Assembly (NCBI GenBank): GCA_964016885.1
Contig: OZ024745.1
Span: 71,114,001-71,178,000, forward strand
DNA from: Eledone cirrhosa
Taxonomy: Eukaryota
Direction: 5' to 3'
DNA: 64,000 nt
The translations under genes and the position numbers were made by a program. The notes beneath the pieces were generated by a model that saw only the letters and a program-made list of their open reading frames with translations, was not told where the DNA came from and did not search any database. This document shows positions 1 through 17,900 of this stretch, in pieces (the stretch's first letter is position 1; each line of letters begins with the position of its first letter).

Positions 1-3000
1 CATTAACACTACTGTCATCACCAATAACACTACTGTCACCACCATTAACACTACTGTCATCACCAATAACACTACTGTCACCATCATTAACACTACTGTC
101 ATCACCAATAACACTACTGTCACCACCATTAACACAACTGTCATCACCATTAACACTACTGTCATCACCATTAACACTACTGTCACCACCATTAACACTA
201 CTGTCATCACCATTAACACTACTGTCATCACCATTAACACTACTGTCACCACCATTAACACTACTGTCACCACCATTAACACTACTGTCATCACCATTAA
301 CACTACTGTCATCACCATTAACACTACTGTCACCACCATTAACACTACTGTCACCACCATTAACACTACTGACACCACCATTAACACTACTGTCATCACC
401 ATTAACACTACTGTCATCACCATTAACACTACTGTCATCACCATTAACACTACTGTCATCACCATTAACACTACTGTCATCACCATTAACACTGCTTTCA
501 TCACCATTAACACTACTGTCATCACCATTAAGACTACTGTCATCACCATTAACACTGCTGTCATCACCATTAAGACTACTGTCATCACCATTAACACTGC
601 TGTCATCACCATTAACACTACTGTCATCACCATTAACACTGCTGCCATCACCATTAACACTGCTGTCATCACCATTAACACTGCTATCATCACCATTAAC
701 ACTACTGTCATCACCATTAACACTACTGTCATCACCATTAACACTACTGTCATCACCATTAACACTGCTGTCATCACCATTAAGACTACTGTCATCACCA
801 TTATCACTACTGTCATCACCATTAACACTACTGTCATCACCATTAACACTACTGTCATCACCATTAACACTACTGTTATCACCATTAACACTACTGTCAT
901 CACCATTAAGACTACTGTCATCACCATTATCACTACTGTCATTACCATTAACACTGCTGTCATCACCATTAAGACTACTGTCATCACCATTAACACTACT
1001 GTCATCACCATTAACGCTACTGTCATCACCATTAACACTACTGTCATCACCATTAACACTGCTGTCATCACCATTAAGACTACTGTCATCACCATTATCA
1101 CTACTGTCATCACCATTAACACTGCTGTCATCACCATTAAGACTACTGTCATCACCATTAACACTACTGTCATCACCATTAAGACTACTGTCATCACCAT
1201 TAACACAACTGTCATCACCATTAACACTAGTGTCATCACCATTAACACTACTGTCAACACCATTATCACTACTGTCGTCACCATTAACACTACTGTCATC
1301 ACCATTAACACTACTGTCATCACCATTTCCACCACTGTCATCACCATTAACACAACTGTCATCACCATTAACACTAGTGTCATCACCATTAACACTACTG
1401 TCATCACCATTAACACTGCTGTCATCACCATTAAGACTACTGTCATCACCATTATCACTACTGTCATCACCATTAACACTACTACTGTCATCACCATTAA
1501 CACTACTGTCATCACCATTAACACTACTGTTATCACCATTAACACTGCTGTCATCACCATTAAGACTACTGTCATCACCATTATCACTACTGTCATTACC
1601 ATTAACACTGCTGTCATCACCATTAAGACTACTGTCATCACCATTAACACAACTGTCATCACCATTAACACTACTGTCATCACCATTAACACAACTGTCA
1701 TCACCATTAACACTAGTGTCATCAACATTAACACTACTGTCATCACCATTAACACTGCTGTCATCACCATTAAGACTACTGTCATCACCATTATCACTAC
1801 TGTCATCACCATTAACACTACTGTCATCACCATTAACACTACTGTCATCACCATTAACACTACTGTTATCACCATTAACACTGCTGTCATCACCATTAAG
1901 ACTACTGTCATCACCATAATCACTACTGTCATTACCATTAACACTGCTGTCATCACCATTAAGACTACTGTCATCACCATTAACACTACTGTCATCACCA
2001 TTAACACTACTGTCATCACCATTAACACAACTGTCATCACCATTAACACTAGTGTCATCACCATTAACACTACTGTCAACACCATTATCACTACTGTCAT
2101 CACCATTAACACTGCTGTCATCACCATTAACACTACTGTCATCACCATTAACACTGCTGTCATCACCATTAACACTGCTGTCATCAACATTAACACTACT
2201 GTCATCACCATTAACACTACTGTCATCACCATTAACACTACTGTCAACACCATTAACACTACTGTCATCACCATTAACACTACTGTCAACACCATTAACA
2301 CTACTGTCATCACCATTAACACTGCTTTCATCACCATTAACACTGCTGTCATCACCATTAACACTACTGTCATCACCATTAACACTACTGTCATCACCAT
2401 TAACACTACCGTCATCACCATTAACACTACTGTCATCACCATTAACACTACTGTCATCACCATTATCACTACTGTCATCACCATTAACACTACAGTCAAC
2501 ACTACTGTCAACACCATTAACACTACTGTCATCACCATTAACACTACTGTCATCACCATTAACACTACTGTCATCACCATTAACACTACTGTCATCACCA
2601 TTAACACTACTGTCATCACCATTAACACTACTGTCATCACCATTAACACTACTGTCATCACCATTAACACTGCTGTCATCACCATTAACACTACTGTCAT
2701 CACCATTAACACTGCTGTCATCACCATTAACGCTACTGTCATCACTATTAACACTGCTGTCAACACCATTAACACTACTGTCATCACCATTAACACTGCT
2801 GTCAAAACTATTAACACTACTGTCATCACCATTATCACTACTGTCATCACCATTAACACTGCTGTCATCACCATTAACACTGTTGTCAATACCATTAACA
2901 CTACTGTCATCACCATTAACACTACTGTCATCACCATTAACACTACTGTCAACACCATTAACACTACTGTCATCACCATTAACACTGCTGTCAACGCCAT

Positions 3001-3737
3001 TAACACTGCTGTCGTCACCATTAACACTGCTGTCATCACCATTAACACTACTGTCATCACCATTAACACTACTGTCAACACCATTAACACTGCTGTCGTC
3101 ACCATTAACACTGTTGACAACACCATTAACACTACTGTCATCACCATTATCACTACTGTCATCACCATTAACACTACTGTCATCACCATTAACACTGCTG
3201 TCAACACCATTAACACTACTGTCATCACCATTAACACTACTGTCATCACCATTAACACTACTGTCATCACCATTAACACTACTGTCATCACCATTAACAC
3301 TGCTGTCATCACCATTAACACTACTGTCATCACCATTAACACTACTGTCAACACCATTAACTCTGCTGTCATCACCATTAACACTACTGTCATCACCATT
3401 AACACTGCTGTCATCACCATTAACACTACTGTCATCACCATTAACACTGCTGTCATACCATTAACACTACTGTCATCACCATTAACACTACTGTCATCAC
3501 CATTAACACTACTGTCATCACCATTAACGCTACTGTCATCACCATTAACACTACTGTCAACACCATTAACACTGCTGTCATCACTATTAACACTACTGTC
3601 ATCACCATTAACACTGCTGTCATCACCATTAACACTACTGTCAACACCATTAACACTACTGTCATCACCATTAACACTGCTGTCAACAAAATTAACACTG
3701 CTGTCATCACCATTAACACTACTGTCATCACCATTAA
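1..3737. repeat. Copy A of a long-range (~60.2 kb offset) duplicated block
   Basis: Rare markers recur near the window end: CCATTTCCACCACT (~1323), a 24-bp ACTACTACT monomer (~1478), ACCATAATC (~1913), ACAGTCAACACT (~2492), the 1-bp deletion (3456/7) and CAACAAAATT (~3684). Offset is 60,179 before ~2400 and 60,263 after. Confidence 0.95.
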
Positions 3738-4019
3738 CAATACTGTCATCACCATTAACACTACTGTCAACACCATTAACACTACTGTCATCACCATTAA
3801 CACTGCTGTCATCACCATTAACACTGCTGTCAACACCATTAACACTACTGTCATCACCATTAACACTACTGTCAACACCATTAACACTACTGTCATCACC
3901 ATTAACACTACTGTCATCACCATTAACACTACTGTCATCACCATTAACACTACTGTCATCACCATTAACACTACTGTCATCACCATTAACACTGCTGTCA
4001 TCACCATTAACACTACTGT

Positions 4020-5210
4020 CATCACCATTAACACTGCTGTCATCACCATTAACGCTACTGTCATCACTATTAACACCTCTGTCAACACCATTAACAATAC
4101 TGTCATCACCATTAACACTACTGTCAACACTATTAACACTACTGTCATCACCATTATCACTACTGTCATCACCAATAACACTGCTGTCATCACCATTAAA
4201 ACTGCTGTCATCACCATTAACACTACTGTCATCACCATTAACACTACTGTCATCACCATTAACACTGCTGTCATCACCATTAACACTACTGTCATCACCA
4301 TTAACACTGCTGTCAACACCATTAACACTACTGTCATCACCATTAACACTACTGTCAACACCATTAACACTACTGTCATCACCATTATCACTGCTGTCAA
4401 CACCATTAACACTGCTGTCATCACCATTAACACTACTGTCATCACCATTAACACTGCTGTCAACACCATTAACACTACTGTCATCACCAATAACACTACT
4501 GTCCTCACCATTAACACTGCTGTCATCACCATTAACACTACTGTCATCACCATTAACACTGCTGTCAACACCATTAACACTACTGTCATCACCATTAACA
4601 CTGCTGTCATCACTATTAACACTGCTGTCATCACCATTAACGCTACTGTCATCACTATTAACACCTCTGTCAAAACCATTAACAATACTGTCATCACCAT
4701 TAACACTACTGTCAACACTATTAACACTACTGTCATCACCATTATCACTACTGTCATCACCAATAACACTGCTGTCATCACCATTAAAACTGCTGTCATC
4801 ACCATTAACACTACTGTCATCACCATTAACACTACTGTCATCACCATTAACACTGCTGTCATCACCATTAACACTACTGTCATCACCATTAACACTGCTG
4901 TCAACACCATTAACACTACTGTCATCACCATTAACACTACTGTCAACACCATTAACACTACTGTCATCACCATTATCACTGCTGTCAACACCATTAACAC
5001 TGCTGTCATCACCATTAACACTACTGTCATCACCATTAACACTGCTGTCAACACCATTAACACTACTGTCATCACCAATAACACTACTGTCCTCACCATT
5101 AACACTGCTGTCATCACCATTAACACTACTGTCATCACCATTAACACTGCTGTCAACACCATTAACACTACTGTCATCACCATTAACACTGCTGTCATCA
5201 CTATTAACAC
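4020..5210. repeat. 588-bp (28-monomer) local tandem duplication
   Basis: Rare ACACCTCT at 4073 and 4661; ATTAAAACT at ~4195 and ~4783; GTCCTC at 4501 and 5089. Confidence 0.88.
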
Positions 5211-5929
5211 TACTGTCATCACCATTAACACTACTGTCCTCACCATTAACACTACTGTCATCACCATTAACACTACTGTCATCACCATTAACACAACTGT
5301 CATCACCATTAACACTACTGTCATCACCATTAACACTACTGTCATCACCATTAACACTACTGTCATCACCATTAACACTACTGTCATCACCATTACCACA
5401 ACTGTCATCACCATTATCACTACTGTCATCACCATTAACACTACTGTCATCACCATTAACACTACTGTCATCACCATTAACACTACTGTCATCACCATTA
5501 ACACTACTGTCATCACCATTAACACTACTGTCATCACCATTAACACTACTGTCATCACCATTAACACTACTGTCATCACCATTAACACTACTGTCAACAC
5601 CATTAACACAACTGTCATCACCATTAACACTACTGTCATCACCATTAACACTACTGTCATCACCATTAACACTACCGTCATCACCATTAACACTACTGTC
5701 ATCACCATTAACACTATTGTCATCACCATTATCACTACTGTCATCACCATTAACACTACTGTCAACACTACTGTCAACACCATTAACACTACTGTCATCA
5801 CCATTAACACTACTGTCATCACCATTAACACTACTGTCATCACCATTAACACTACTGTCATCACCATTAACACTACTGTCATCACCATTAACACTACTGT
5901 CAACACCATTAACACAACTGTCATCACCA

Positions 5930-8900
5930 TTAACACTACTGTCATCACCATTAACACTACTGTCATCACCATTAACACTACTGTCATCACCATTAACACT
6001 ACTGTCATCACCATTAACACTGCTGTCACCACCATTAACACTACTGTCATCACCATTAACACTACTGTCATCACCATTAACACTACTGTCATCACCATTA
6101 ACACTACTGTCATCACCATTAACACTACTGTCATCACCATTAACACTGCTGTCAACACCATTAACACTACTGTCATCACCATTAACACTACTGTCATCAC
6201 CATTAACACTACTGTCAACACCATTAACACTACTGTCATCACCGTTAACACTGCTGTCAACACCATTAACACTGCTGTCATCACCATTAACACTGCTGTC
6301 ATCACCATTAACACTACTGTCATCACCATTAACACTACTGTCATCACCATTAACACTACCGTCATCACCATTAACACTACTGTCATCACCATTAACACTA
6401 TTGTCATCACCATTATCACTACTGTCATCACCATTAACACTACTGTCAACACTACTGTCAACACCATTAACACTACTGTCATCACCATTAACACTACTGT
6501 CATCACCATTAACACTACTGTCATCACCATTAACACTACTGTCATCACCATTAACACTACTGTCATCACCATTAACACTAATGTCATCACCATTAACACT
6601 ACTGTCAACACCATTAACACAACTGTCATCACCATTAACACTACTGTCATCACCATTAACACTACTGTCATCACCATTAACACTACTGTCATCACCATTA
6701 ACAATACTGTCATCACCATTAACACTGCTGTCACCACCATTAACACTACTGTCATCACCATTAACACTACTCTCATCACCATTAACACTACTGTCATCAC
6801 CATTAACACTACTGTCATCACCATTAACACTACTGTCATCACCATTAACACTGCTGTCAACACCATTAACACTACTGTCATCACCATTAACACTACTGTC
6901 ATCACCATTAACACTACTGTCAACACCATTAACACTACTGTCATCACCGTTAACACTGCTGTCAACACCATTAACACTGCTTTCATCACCATTAACACTG
7001 CTGTCATCACCATTAACACTACTGTCATCACCATTAACACTACTGTCAACAGCATTAACACTGCTGTCATCACCATTAACACTGCTGTCAACACCATTAA
7101 CACTACTGTCATCACCATTAACACTACTGTCAACACCATTAACACTACTGTCATCACAATTAACACTACTGTCATCACCATTAACACTACTGTCATCACC
7201 ATTAACACTACTGTCATCACCATTAACACTACTGTCATCACCATTAACACTACTGTCATCACCATTAACACTGCTGTCATCACCATTAACACTACTGTCA
7301 TCACCATTAACACTGCTGTCATCACCATTAACGCTACTGTCATCACTATTAACACTGCTGTCAACACCATTAACACTACTGTCATCACCATTAACACTAC
7401 TGTCAACACTATTAACACTACTGTCATCACCATTATCACTACTGTCATCACCATTAACACTGCTGTCATCACCATTAACACTGCTGTCAGCAGCATTAAC
7501 ACTACTGTCATCACCATTAACACTACTGTCATCACCATTAACACTACTGTCAACACCATTAACACTACTGTCATCACCATTAACACTGCTGTCAACGCCA
7601 TTAACACTGCTGTAGTCACCATTAACACTGCTGTCATCACCATTAACACTACTGTCATCACCATTAACACTACTGTCAACACCATTAACGCTGCTGTCGT
7701 CACCATTAACACTGTTGACAACACCATTAACACTACTGTCATCACCATTATCACTACTGTCATCACCATTAACACTACTGTCATCACCATTAACACTGCT
7801 GTCAACACCATTAACACTACTGTCATCACCATTAACACTACTGTCATCACCATTAACACTACTGTCATCACCATTAACACTACTGTCATCACCATTAACA
7901 CTGCTGTCATCACCATTAACACTACTGTCATCACCATTAACACTACTGTCAACACCATTAACTCTGCTGTCATCACCATTAACACTACTGTCATCACCAT
8001 TAACACTGCTGTCATCACAATTAACACTACTGTCATCACCATTAACACTGCTGTCATACCATTAACACTACTGTCATCACCATTAACACTACTGTCGTCA
8101 CCATTAACACTACTGTCATCACCATTAACGCTACTGTCATCACCATTAACACTACTGTCAACACCATTAACACTGCTGTCATCACTATTAACACTACTGT
8201 CATCACCATTAACACTGCTGTCATCACCATTAACACTACTGTCAACACCATTAACACTACTGTCATCACCATTAACACTGCCGTCAACAACATTAACACT
8301 GCTGTCATCACCATTAACACTACTGTCATCACCATTAACACTACTGTCATCACCATTAACACTACTGTCAACACAATTAACACTACTGTCATCACCATTA
8401 ACACTGCTGTCATCACCATTAACACTGCTGTCAACACCATTAACACTACTGTCATCACCATTAACACTACTGTCAACACCATTAACACTACTGTCATCAC
8501 CATTAACACTACTGTCATCACCATTAACACTACTGTCATCACCATTAACACTACTGTCATCACCATTAACACTACTGTCATCACCATTAACACTGCTGTC
8601 ATCACCATTAACACTACTGTCATCACCATTAACACTGCTGTCATCACCATTAACGCTACTGTCATCACTATTAACACTGCTGTCAACACCATTAACACTA
8701 CTGTCATCACCATTAACACAACTGTCAACACTATTAACACTACTGTCATAACCATTATCACTACTGTCATCACCATTAACACTGCTGTCATCACCATTAA
8801 AACTGCTGTCATCACCATTAACACTACTGTCATCACCATTAACACTACTGTCATCACCATTAACACTGCTGTCATCACCATTAACACTACTGTCATCACC

Positions 8901-11900
8901 ATTAACACTGCTGTCAACACCATTAACACTACTGTCATCACCATTAACACTACTGTCAACACCATTAACACTACTGTCATCACCATTATCACTGCTGTCA
9001 ACACCACTAACACTACTGTCATCACCATTAACACTACTGTCATCACCATTAATACTGCTGTCAACACCATTAACACTACTGTCATCACCAATAACACTAC
9101 TGTCCTCACCATTAACACTGCTGTCATCACCATTAACACTACTGTCATCACCATTAACACTGCTGTCAACACCATTAACACTAGTGTCATCACCATTAAC
9201 ACTGCTGTCATCACTATTAACACTACTGTCATCACCATTAACACTACTGTCCTCACCATTAACACTACTGTCATCACCATTAACACTACTGTCATCACCA
9301 TTAACACTGCTGTCAACACCATTAACACTACTGTCATCACGATTAACACTACTGTCATCACCATTAACACTACTGTCAACACCATTAACACTACTGTCAT
9401 CACCATTAACACTGCTGTCAACACCATTAACACTGCTGTCATCACCATTAACACTGCTGTCATCACCATTAACAATACTGTCATCACCATTAACACTACT
9501 GTCAACACCATTAACACTGCTGTCATCACCATTAACACTGCTGTCAACACCATTAACACTACTGTCATCACCATTAACACTACTGACATCACCATTAACA
9601 CTACTGTCATCACCATTAACACTGCTGTCAATACCATTAACACTACTGTCATCACCATTAACACTACTGTCAACACCATTAACTCTGCTGTCATCACCAT
9701 TAACAGTACTGTCATCACCATTAACACTGCTGTCAACACCATTAACACTACTGTCATCACCATTAACACTACTGTCATCACCATTAACACTACTGTCATC
9801 ACCATTAACACTGCTGTCATCACCATTAACACTGCTGTCAACACCATTAACACTACCGTCATCACCATTAACACTACTGACATCACCATTAACACTACTG
9901 TCATCACCATTAACACTGCTGTCATCACCATTAACACTACTGTCATCACCATTAACACTACTGTCATCACAATTAACACTAATGTCATCACCATTAACAC
10001 TACTGTCATCACCATTAACACTACTGTCATCACCATTAACACTACTGTCATCACCATTAACACTACTGGCAACACCATTAACACTGCTGTCATCACTATT
10101 AACACTACTGTCATCACCATTAACACTACTGTCATCACCATTAACACTACTGTCATCACCATTAACACTGCTGTCAACACCATTAACACTACTGTCATCA
10201 CCATTAACACTACTGTCATCACCATTAACACTACTGTCATCACCATTAACACTACTGTCAACACCATTAACACTACTGTCAACACCATTAACACTACTGT
10301 CATCACCATTAACACTGCTGTCAACACCATTAACACTGCTGTCATCACCATTAACACTGCTGTCAACACCATTAACACTACTGTCATCACCATTAACACT
10401 ACTGTCATCACCATTAACACTACTGTCATCACCATTAACGCTACTGTCATCACCATTAACACTACTGTCATCACCATTAACACTGCTGTCATCACTATTA
10501 ACACTACTGTCATCACTATTAACACTACTGTCATCACCATTAACACTACTGTCAACACCATTAACACTACTGTCATCACCATTAACACTGCTGTCAACAG
10601 CATTAACACTGCTGTCATCACCATTAACACTACTGTCATCACCATTAACACTGCTGTCAACACCATTAACACTACTGTCATCACCATTAACACTGCTGTC
10701 ATCACCATTAACACTACTGTCATCACCATTAACACTACTGTCATCACCATTAACACTGTTGTCATCACCATTAACACTGCTGTCATCACCATTAACACTG
10801 CTGACATCACCATTAACACTACTGCCATCACCATTAACACTGCTGTCATCACCATTAACACTGCTGCCATCACCATTAACACTACTGTCATCATCAATAA
10901 CACTGCTGTCATCAACATTAACACTACTGTCATCACCATTAACACTGCTGTCATCACCATTAACACTGCTGTCATCACAATTAACACTGCTGTCGACACC
11001 ATTAACACTACTGTCATCACCAATAACACTGATGTCATCACCATTAACACTTCTGTCAACACCACTAACACTGCTGTCATCACCATTAACACTACTGTCA
11101 ACACCATTAACACTACTGTCATCACCATTAACACTGCTGTCATCACCATTAACACTACTGTCATCACCATTAACACTACTGTCATCACCATTAACACTAC
11201 TGTCAACACCATTAACACTACTGTCATCACCATTAACACTACTGTCATCACCATTAACACTACTGTCATCACCATTAACACTACTGTCATCACCATTAAC
11301 ACTACTGTCATCACCATTAACACTACTGTCATCACCATTAACACTGCTGTCACCACCATTAACACTACTGTCATCACCATTAACACTACTGTCATCACCA
11401 TTAACACTACTGTCATCACCATTAACACTACTGTCATCACCATTAACACTACTGTCATCACCATTAACACTGCTGTCAACACCATTAACACTACTGTCAT
11501 CACCATTAACACTACTGTCATCACCATTAACACTACTGTCAACACCATTAACACTACTGTCATCACCGTTAACACTGCTGTCAACACCATTAACACTGCT
11601 GTCATCACCATTAACACTGCTGTCATCACCATTAACACTACTGTCATCACCATTAACACTACTGTCATCACCATTAACACTACCGTCATCACCATTAACA
11701 CTACTGTCATCACCATTAACACTATTGTCATCACCATTATCACTACTGTCATCACCATTAACACTACTGTCAACACTACTGTCAACACCATTAACACTAC
11801 TGTCATCACCATTAACACTACTGTCATCACCATTAACACTACTGTCATCACCATTAACACTACTGTCATCACCATTAACACTACTGTCATCACCATTAAC

Positions 11901-14900
11901 ACTACTGTCATCACCATTAACACTACTGTCAACACCATTAACACAACTGTCATCACCATTAACACTACTGTCATCACCATTAACACTACTGTCATCACCA
12001 TTAACACTACTGTCATCACCATTAACAATACTGTCATCACCATTAACACTGCTGTCACCACCATTAACACTACTGTCATCACCATTAACACTACTCTCAT
12101 CACCATTAACACTACTGTCATCACCATTAACACTACTGTCATCACCATTAACACTACTGTCATCACCATTAACACTGCTGTCAACACCATTAACACTACT
12201 GTCATCACCATTAACACTACTGTCATCACCATTAACACTACTGTCAACACCATTAACACTACTGTCATCACCGTTAACACTGCTGTCAACACCATTAACA
12301 CTGCTGTCATCACCATTAACACTGCTGTCATCACCATTAACACTACTGTCATCACCATTAACACTACTGTCAACAGCATTAACACTGCTGTCATCACCAT
12401 TAACACTGCTGTCAACACCATTAACACTACTGTCATCACCATTAACACTACTGTCAACACCATTAACACTACTGTCATCACAATTAACACTACTGTCATC
12501 ACCATTAACACTACTGTCATCACCATTAACACTACTGTCATCACCATTAACACTACTGTCATCACCATTAACACTACTGTCATCACCATTAACACTGCTG
12601 TCATCACCATTAACACTACTGTCATCACCATTAACACTGCTGTCATCACCATTAACGCTACTGTCATCACTATTAACACTGCTGTCAACACCATTAACAC
12701 TACTGTCATCACCATTAACACTACTGTCAACACTATTAACACTACTGTCATCACCATTATCACTACTGTCATCACCATTAACACTGCTGTCATCACCATT
12801 AACACTGCTGTCAGCAGCATTAACACTACTGTCATCACCATTAACACTACTGTCATCACCATTAACACTACTGTCAACACCATTAACACTACTGTCATCA
12901 CCATTAACACTGCTGTCAACGCCATTAACACTGCTGTAGTCACCATTAACACTGCTGTCATCACCATTAACACTACTGTCATCACCATTAACACTACTGT
13001 CAACACCATTAACGCTGCTGTCGTCACCATTAACACTGTTGACAACACCATTAACACTACTGTCATCACCATTATCACTACTGTCATCACCATTAACACT
13101 ACTGTCATCACCATTAACACTGCTGTCAACACCATTAACACTACTGTCATCACCATTAACACTACTGTCATCACCATTAACACTACTGTCATCACCATTA
13201 ACACTACTGTCATCACCATTAACACTGCTGTCATCACCATTAACACTACTGTCATCACCATTAACACTACTGTCAACACCATTAACTCTGCTGTCATCAC
13301 CATTAACACTACTGTCATCACCATTAACACTGCTGTCATCACAATTAACACTACTGTCATCACCATTAACACTGCTGTCATACCATTAACACTACTGTCA
13401 TCACCATTAACACTACTGTCGTCACCATTAACACTACTGTCATCACCATTAACGCTACTGTCATCACCATTAACACTACTGTCAACACCATTAACACTGC
13501 TGTCATCACTATTAACACTACTGTCATCACCATTAACACTGCTGTCATCACCATTAACACTACTGTCAACACCATTAACACTACTGTCATCACCATTAAC
13601 ACTGCCGTCAACAACATTAACACTGCTGTCATCACCATTAACACTACTGTCATCACCATTAACACTACTGTCATCACCATTAACACTACTGTCAACACAA
13701 TTAACACTACTGTCATCACCATTAACACTGCTGTCATCACCATTAACACTGCTGTCAACACCATTAACACTACTGTCATCACCATTAACACTACTGTCAA
13801 CACCATTAACACTACTGTCATCACCATTAACACTACTGTCATCACCATTAACACTACTGTCATCACCATTAACACTACTGTCATCACCATTAACACTACT
13901 GTCATCACCATTAACACTGCTGTCATCACCATTAACACTACTGTCATCACCATTAACACTGCTGTCATCACCATTAACGCTACTGTCATCACTATTAACA
14001 CTGCTGTCAACACCATTAACACTACTGTCATCACCATTAACACAACTGTCAACACTATTAACACTACTGTCATAACCATTATCACTACTGTCATCACCAT
14101 TAACACTGCTGTCATCACCATTAAAACTGCTGTCATCACCATTAACACTACTGTCATCACCATTAACACTACTGTCATCACCATTAACACTGCTGTCATC
14201 ACCATTAACACTACTGTCATCACCATTAACACTGCTGTCAACACCATTAACACTACTGTCATCACCATTAACACTACTGTCAACACCATTAACACTACTG
14301 TCATCACCATTATCACTGCTGTCAACACCACTAACACTACTGTCATCACCATTAACACTACTGTCATCACCATTAATACTGCTGTCAACACCATTAACAC
14401 TACTGTCATCACCAATAACACTACTGTCCTCACCATTAACACTGCTGTCATCACCATTAACACTACTGTCATCACCATTAACACTGCTGTCAACACCATT
14501 AACACTAGTGTCATCACCATTAACACTGCTGTCATCACTATTAACACTACTGTCATCACCATTAACACTACTGTCCTCACCATTAACACTACTGTCATCA
14601 CCATTAACACTACTGTCATCACCATTAACACTGCTGTCAACACCATTAACACTACTGTCATCACGATTAACACTACTGTCATCACCATTAACACTACTGT
14701 CAACACCATTAACACTACTGTCATCACCATTAACACTGCTGTCAACACCATTAACACTGCTGTCATCACCATTAACACTGCTGTCATCACCATTAACAAT
14801 ACTGTCATCACCATTAACACTACTGTCAACACCATTAACACTGATGTCATCACCATTAACACTGCTGTCAACACCATTAACACTACTGTCATCACCATTA

Positions 14901-14994
14901 ACACTACTGACATCACCATTAACACTACTGTCATCACCATTAACACTGCTGTCAATACCATTAACACTACTGTCATCACCATTAACACTACTGT
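5930..14994. repeat. 5,324-bp-offset duplication (~5930-9670 vs ~11254-14994; 254 monomers)
   Basis: Shared markers: 12-bp monomer 6445/11769, CAGCAGC ~7488/12812, GCTGTAGTC ~7609/12933, deletion 8057/13381, ATCACGATT ~9336/14660. 5,324 = 252x21 + 20 + 12. Confidence 0.9.
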
Positions 14995-17900
14995 CATCAC
15001 CATTAACACTACTGTCATCACCATTAACACTACTGTCATCACCATTAACACTGTTGTCATCACCATTAACACTACTGTCATCACCATTAACACTACTGTC
15101 ATCACCATTAACACTACTGTCATCACCATTAACACTGCTGTCATCACCATTAACACTACTGTCATCACCATTAACACTACTGTCAACACCATTAACTCTG
15201 CTGTCATCACCATTAACACTACTGTCATCACCATTAACACTGCTGTCATCACAATTAACACTACTGTCATCACCATTAACACTGCTGTCATACCATTAAC
15301 ACTACTGTCATCACCATTAACACTACTGTCGTCACCATTAACACTACTGTCATCACCATTAACGCTACTGTCATCACCATTAACACTACTGTCAACACCA
15401 TTAACACTGCTGTCATCACTATTAACACTACTGTCATCACCATTAACACTGCTGTCATCACCATTAACACTACTGTCAACACCATTAACACTACTGTCAT
15501 CACCATTAACACTGCCGTCAACAACATTAACACTGCTGTCATCACCATTAACACTACTGTCATCACCATTAACACTACTGTCATCACCATTAACACTACT
15601 GTCAACACAATTAACACTACTGTCATCACCATTAACACTGCTGTCATCACCATTAACACTGCTGTCAACACCATTAACACTACTGTCATCACCATTAACA
15701 CTACTGTCAACACCATTAACACTACTGTCATCACCATTAACACTACTGTCATCACCATTAACACTACTGTCATCACCATTAACACTACTGTCATCACCAT
15801 TAACACTACTGTCATCACCATTAACACTGCTGTCATCACCATTAACACTACTGTCATCACCATTAACACTGCTGTCATCACCATTAACGCTACTGTCATC
15901 ACTATTAACACTGCTGTCAACACCATTAACACTACTGTCATCACCATTAACACAACTGTCAACACTATTAACACTACTGTCATAACCATTATCACTACTG
16001 TCATCACCATTAACACTGCTGTCATCACCATTAAAACTGCTGTCATCACCATTAACACTACTGTCATCACCATTAACACTACTGTCATCACCATTAACAC
16101 TGCTGTCATCACCATTAACACTACTGTCATCACCATTAACACTGCTGTCAACACTATTAACACTACTGTCATCACCATTATCACTACTGTCATCACCATT
16201 AACACTGCTGTCATCACCATTAACACTGCTGTCAGCAGCATTAACACTACTGTCATCACCATTAACACTACTGTCATCACCATTAACACTACTGTCAACA
16301 CCATTAACACTACTGTCATCACCATTAACACTGCTGTCAACGCCATTAACACTGCTGTAGTCACCATTAACACTGCTGTCATCACCATTAACACTACTGT
16401 CATCACCATTAACACTACTGTCAACACCATTAACGCTGCTGTCGTCACCATTAACACTGTTGACAACACCATTAACACTACTGTCATCACCATTATCACT
16501 ACTGTCATCACCATTAACACTACTGTCATCACCATTAACACTGCTGTCAACACCATTAACACTACTGTCATCACCATTAACACTACTGTCATCACCATTA
16601 ACACTACTGTCATCACCATTAACACTACTGTCATCACCATTAACACTGCTGTCATCACCATTAACACTACTGTCATCACCATTAACACTACTGTCAACAC
16701 CATTAACTCTGCTGTCATCACCATTAACACTACTGTCATCACCATTAACACTGCTGTCATCACAATTAACACTACTGTCATCACCATTAACACTGCTGTC
16801 ATACCATTAACACTACTGTCATCACCATTAACACTACTGTCGTCACCATTAACACTACTGTCATCACCATTAACGCTACTGTCATCACCATTAACACTAC
16901 TGTCAACACCATTAACACTGCTGTCATCACTATTAACACTACTGTCATCACCATTAACACTGCTGTCATCACCATTAACACTACTGTCAACACCATTAAC
17001 ACTACTGTCATCACCATTAACACTGCCGTCAACAACATTAACACTGCTGTCATCACCATTAACACTACTGTCATCACCATTAACACTACTGTCATCACCA
17101 TTAACACTACTGTCAACACAATTAACACTACTGTCATCACCATTAACACTGCTGTCATCACCATTAACACTGCTGTCAACACCATTAACACTACTGTCAT
17201 CACCATTAACACTACTGTCAACACCATTAACACTACTGTCATCACCATTAACACTACTGTCATCACCATTAACACTACTGTCATCACCATTAACACTACT
17301 GTCATCACCATTAACACTACTGTCATCACCATTAACACTGCTGTCATCACCATTAACACTACTGTCATCACCATTAACACTGCTGTCATCACCATTAACG
17401 CTACTGTCATCACTATTAACACTGCTGTCAACACCATTAACACTACTGTCATCACCATTAACACAACTGTCAACACTATTAACACTACTGTCATAACCAT
17501 TATCACTACTGTCATCACCATTAACACTGCTGTCATCACCATTAAAACTGCTGTCATCACCATTAACACTACTGTCATCACCATTAACACTACTGTCATC
17601 ACCATTAACACTGCTGTCATCACCATTAACACTACTGTCATCACCATTAACACTGCTGTCAACACCATTAACACTACTGTCATCACCATTAACACTACTG
17701 TCAACACCATTAACACTACTGTCATCACCATTATCACTGCTGTCAACACCACTAACACTACTGTCATCACCATTAACACTACTGTCATCACCATTAATAC
17801 TGCTGTCAACACCATTAACACTACTGTCATCACCAATAACACTACTGTCCTCACCATTAACACTGCTGTCATCACCATTAACACTACTGTCATCACCATT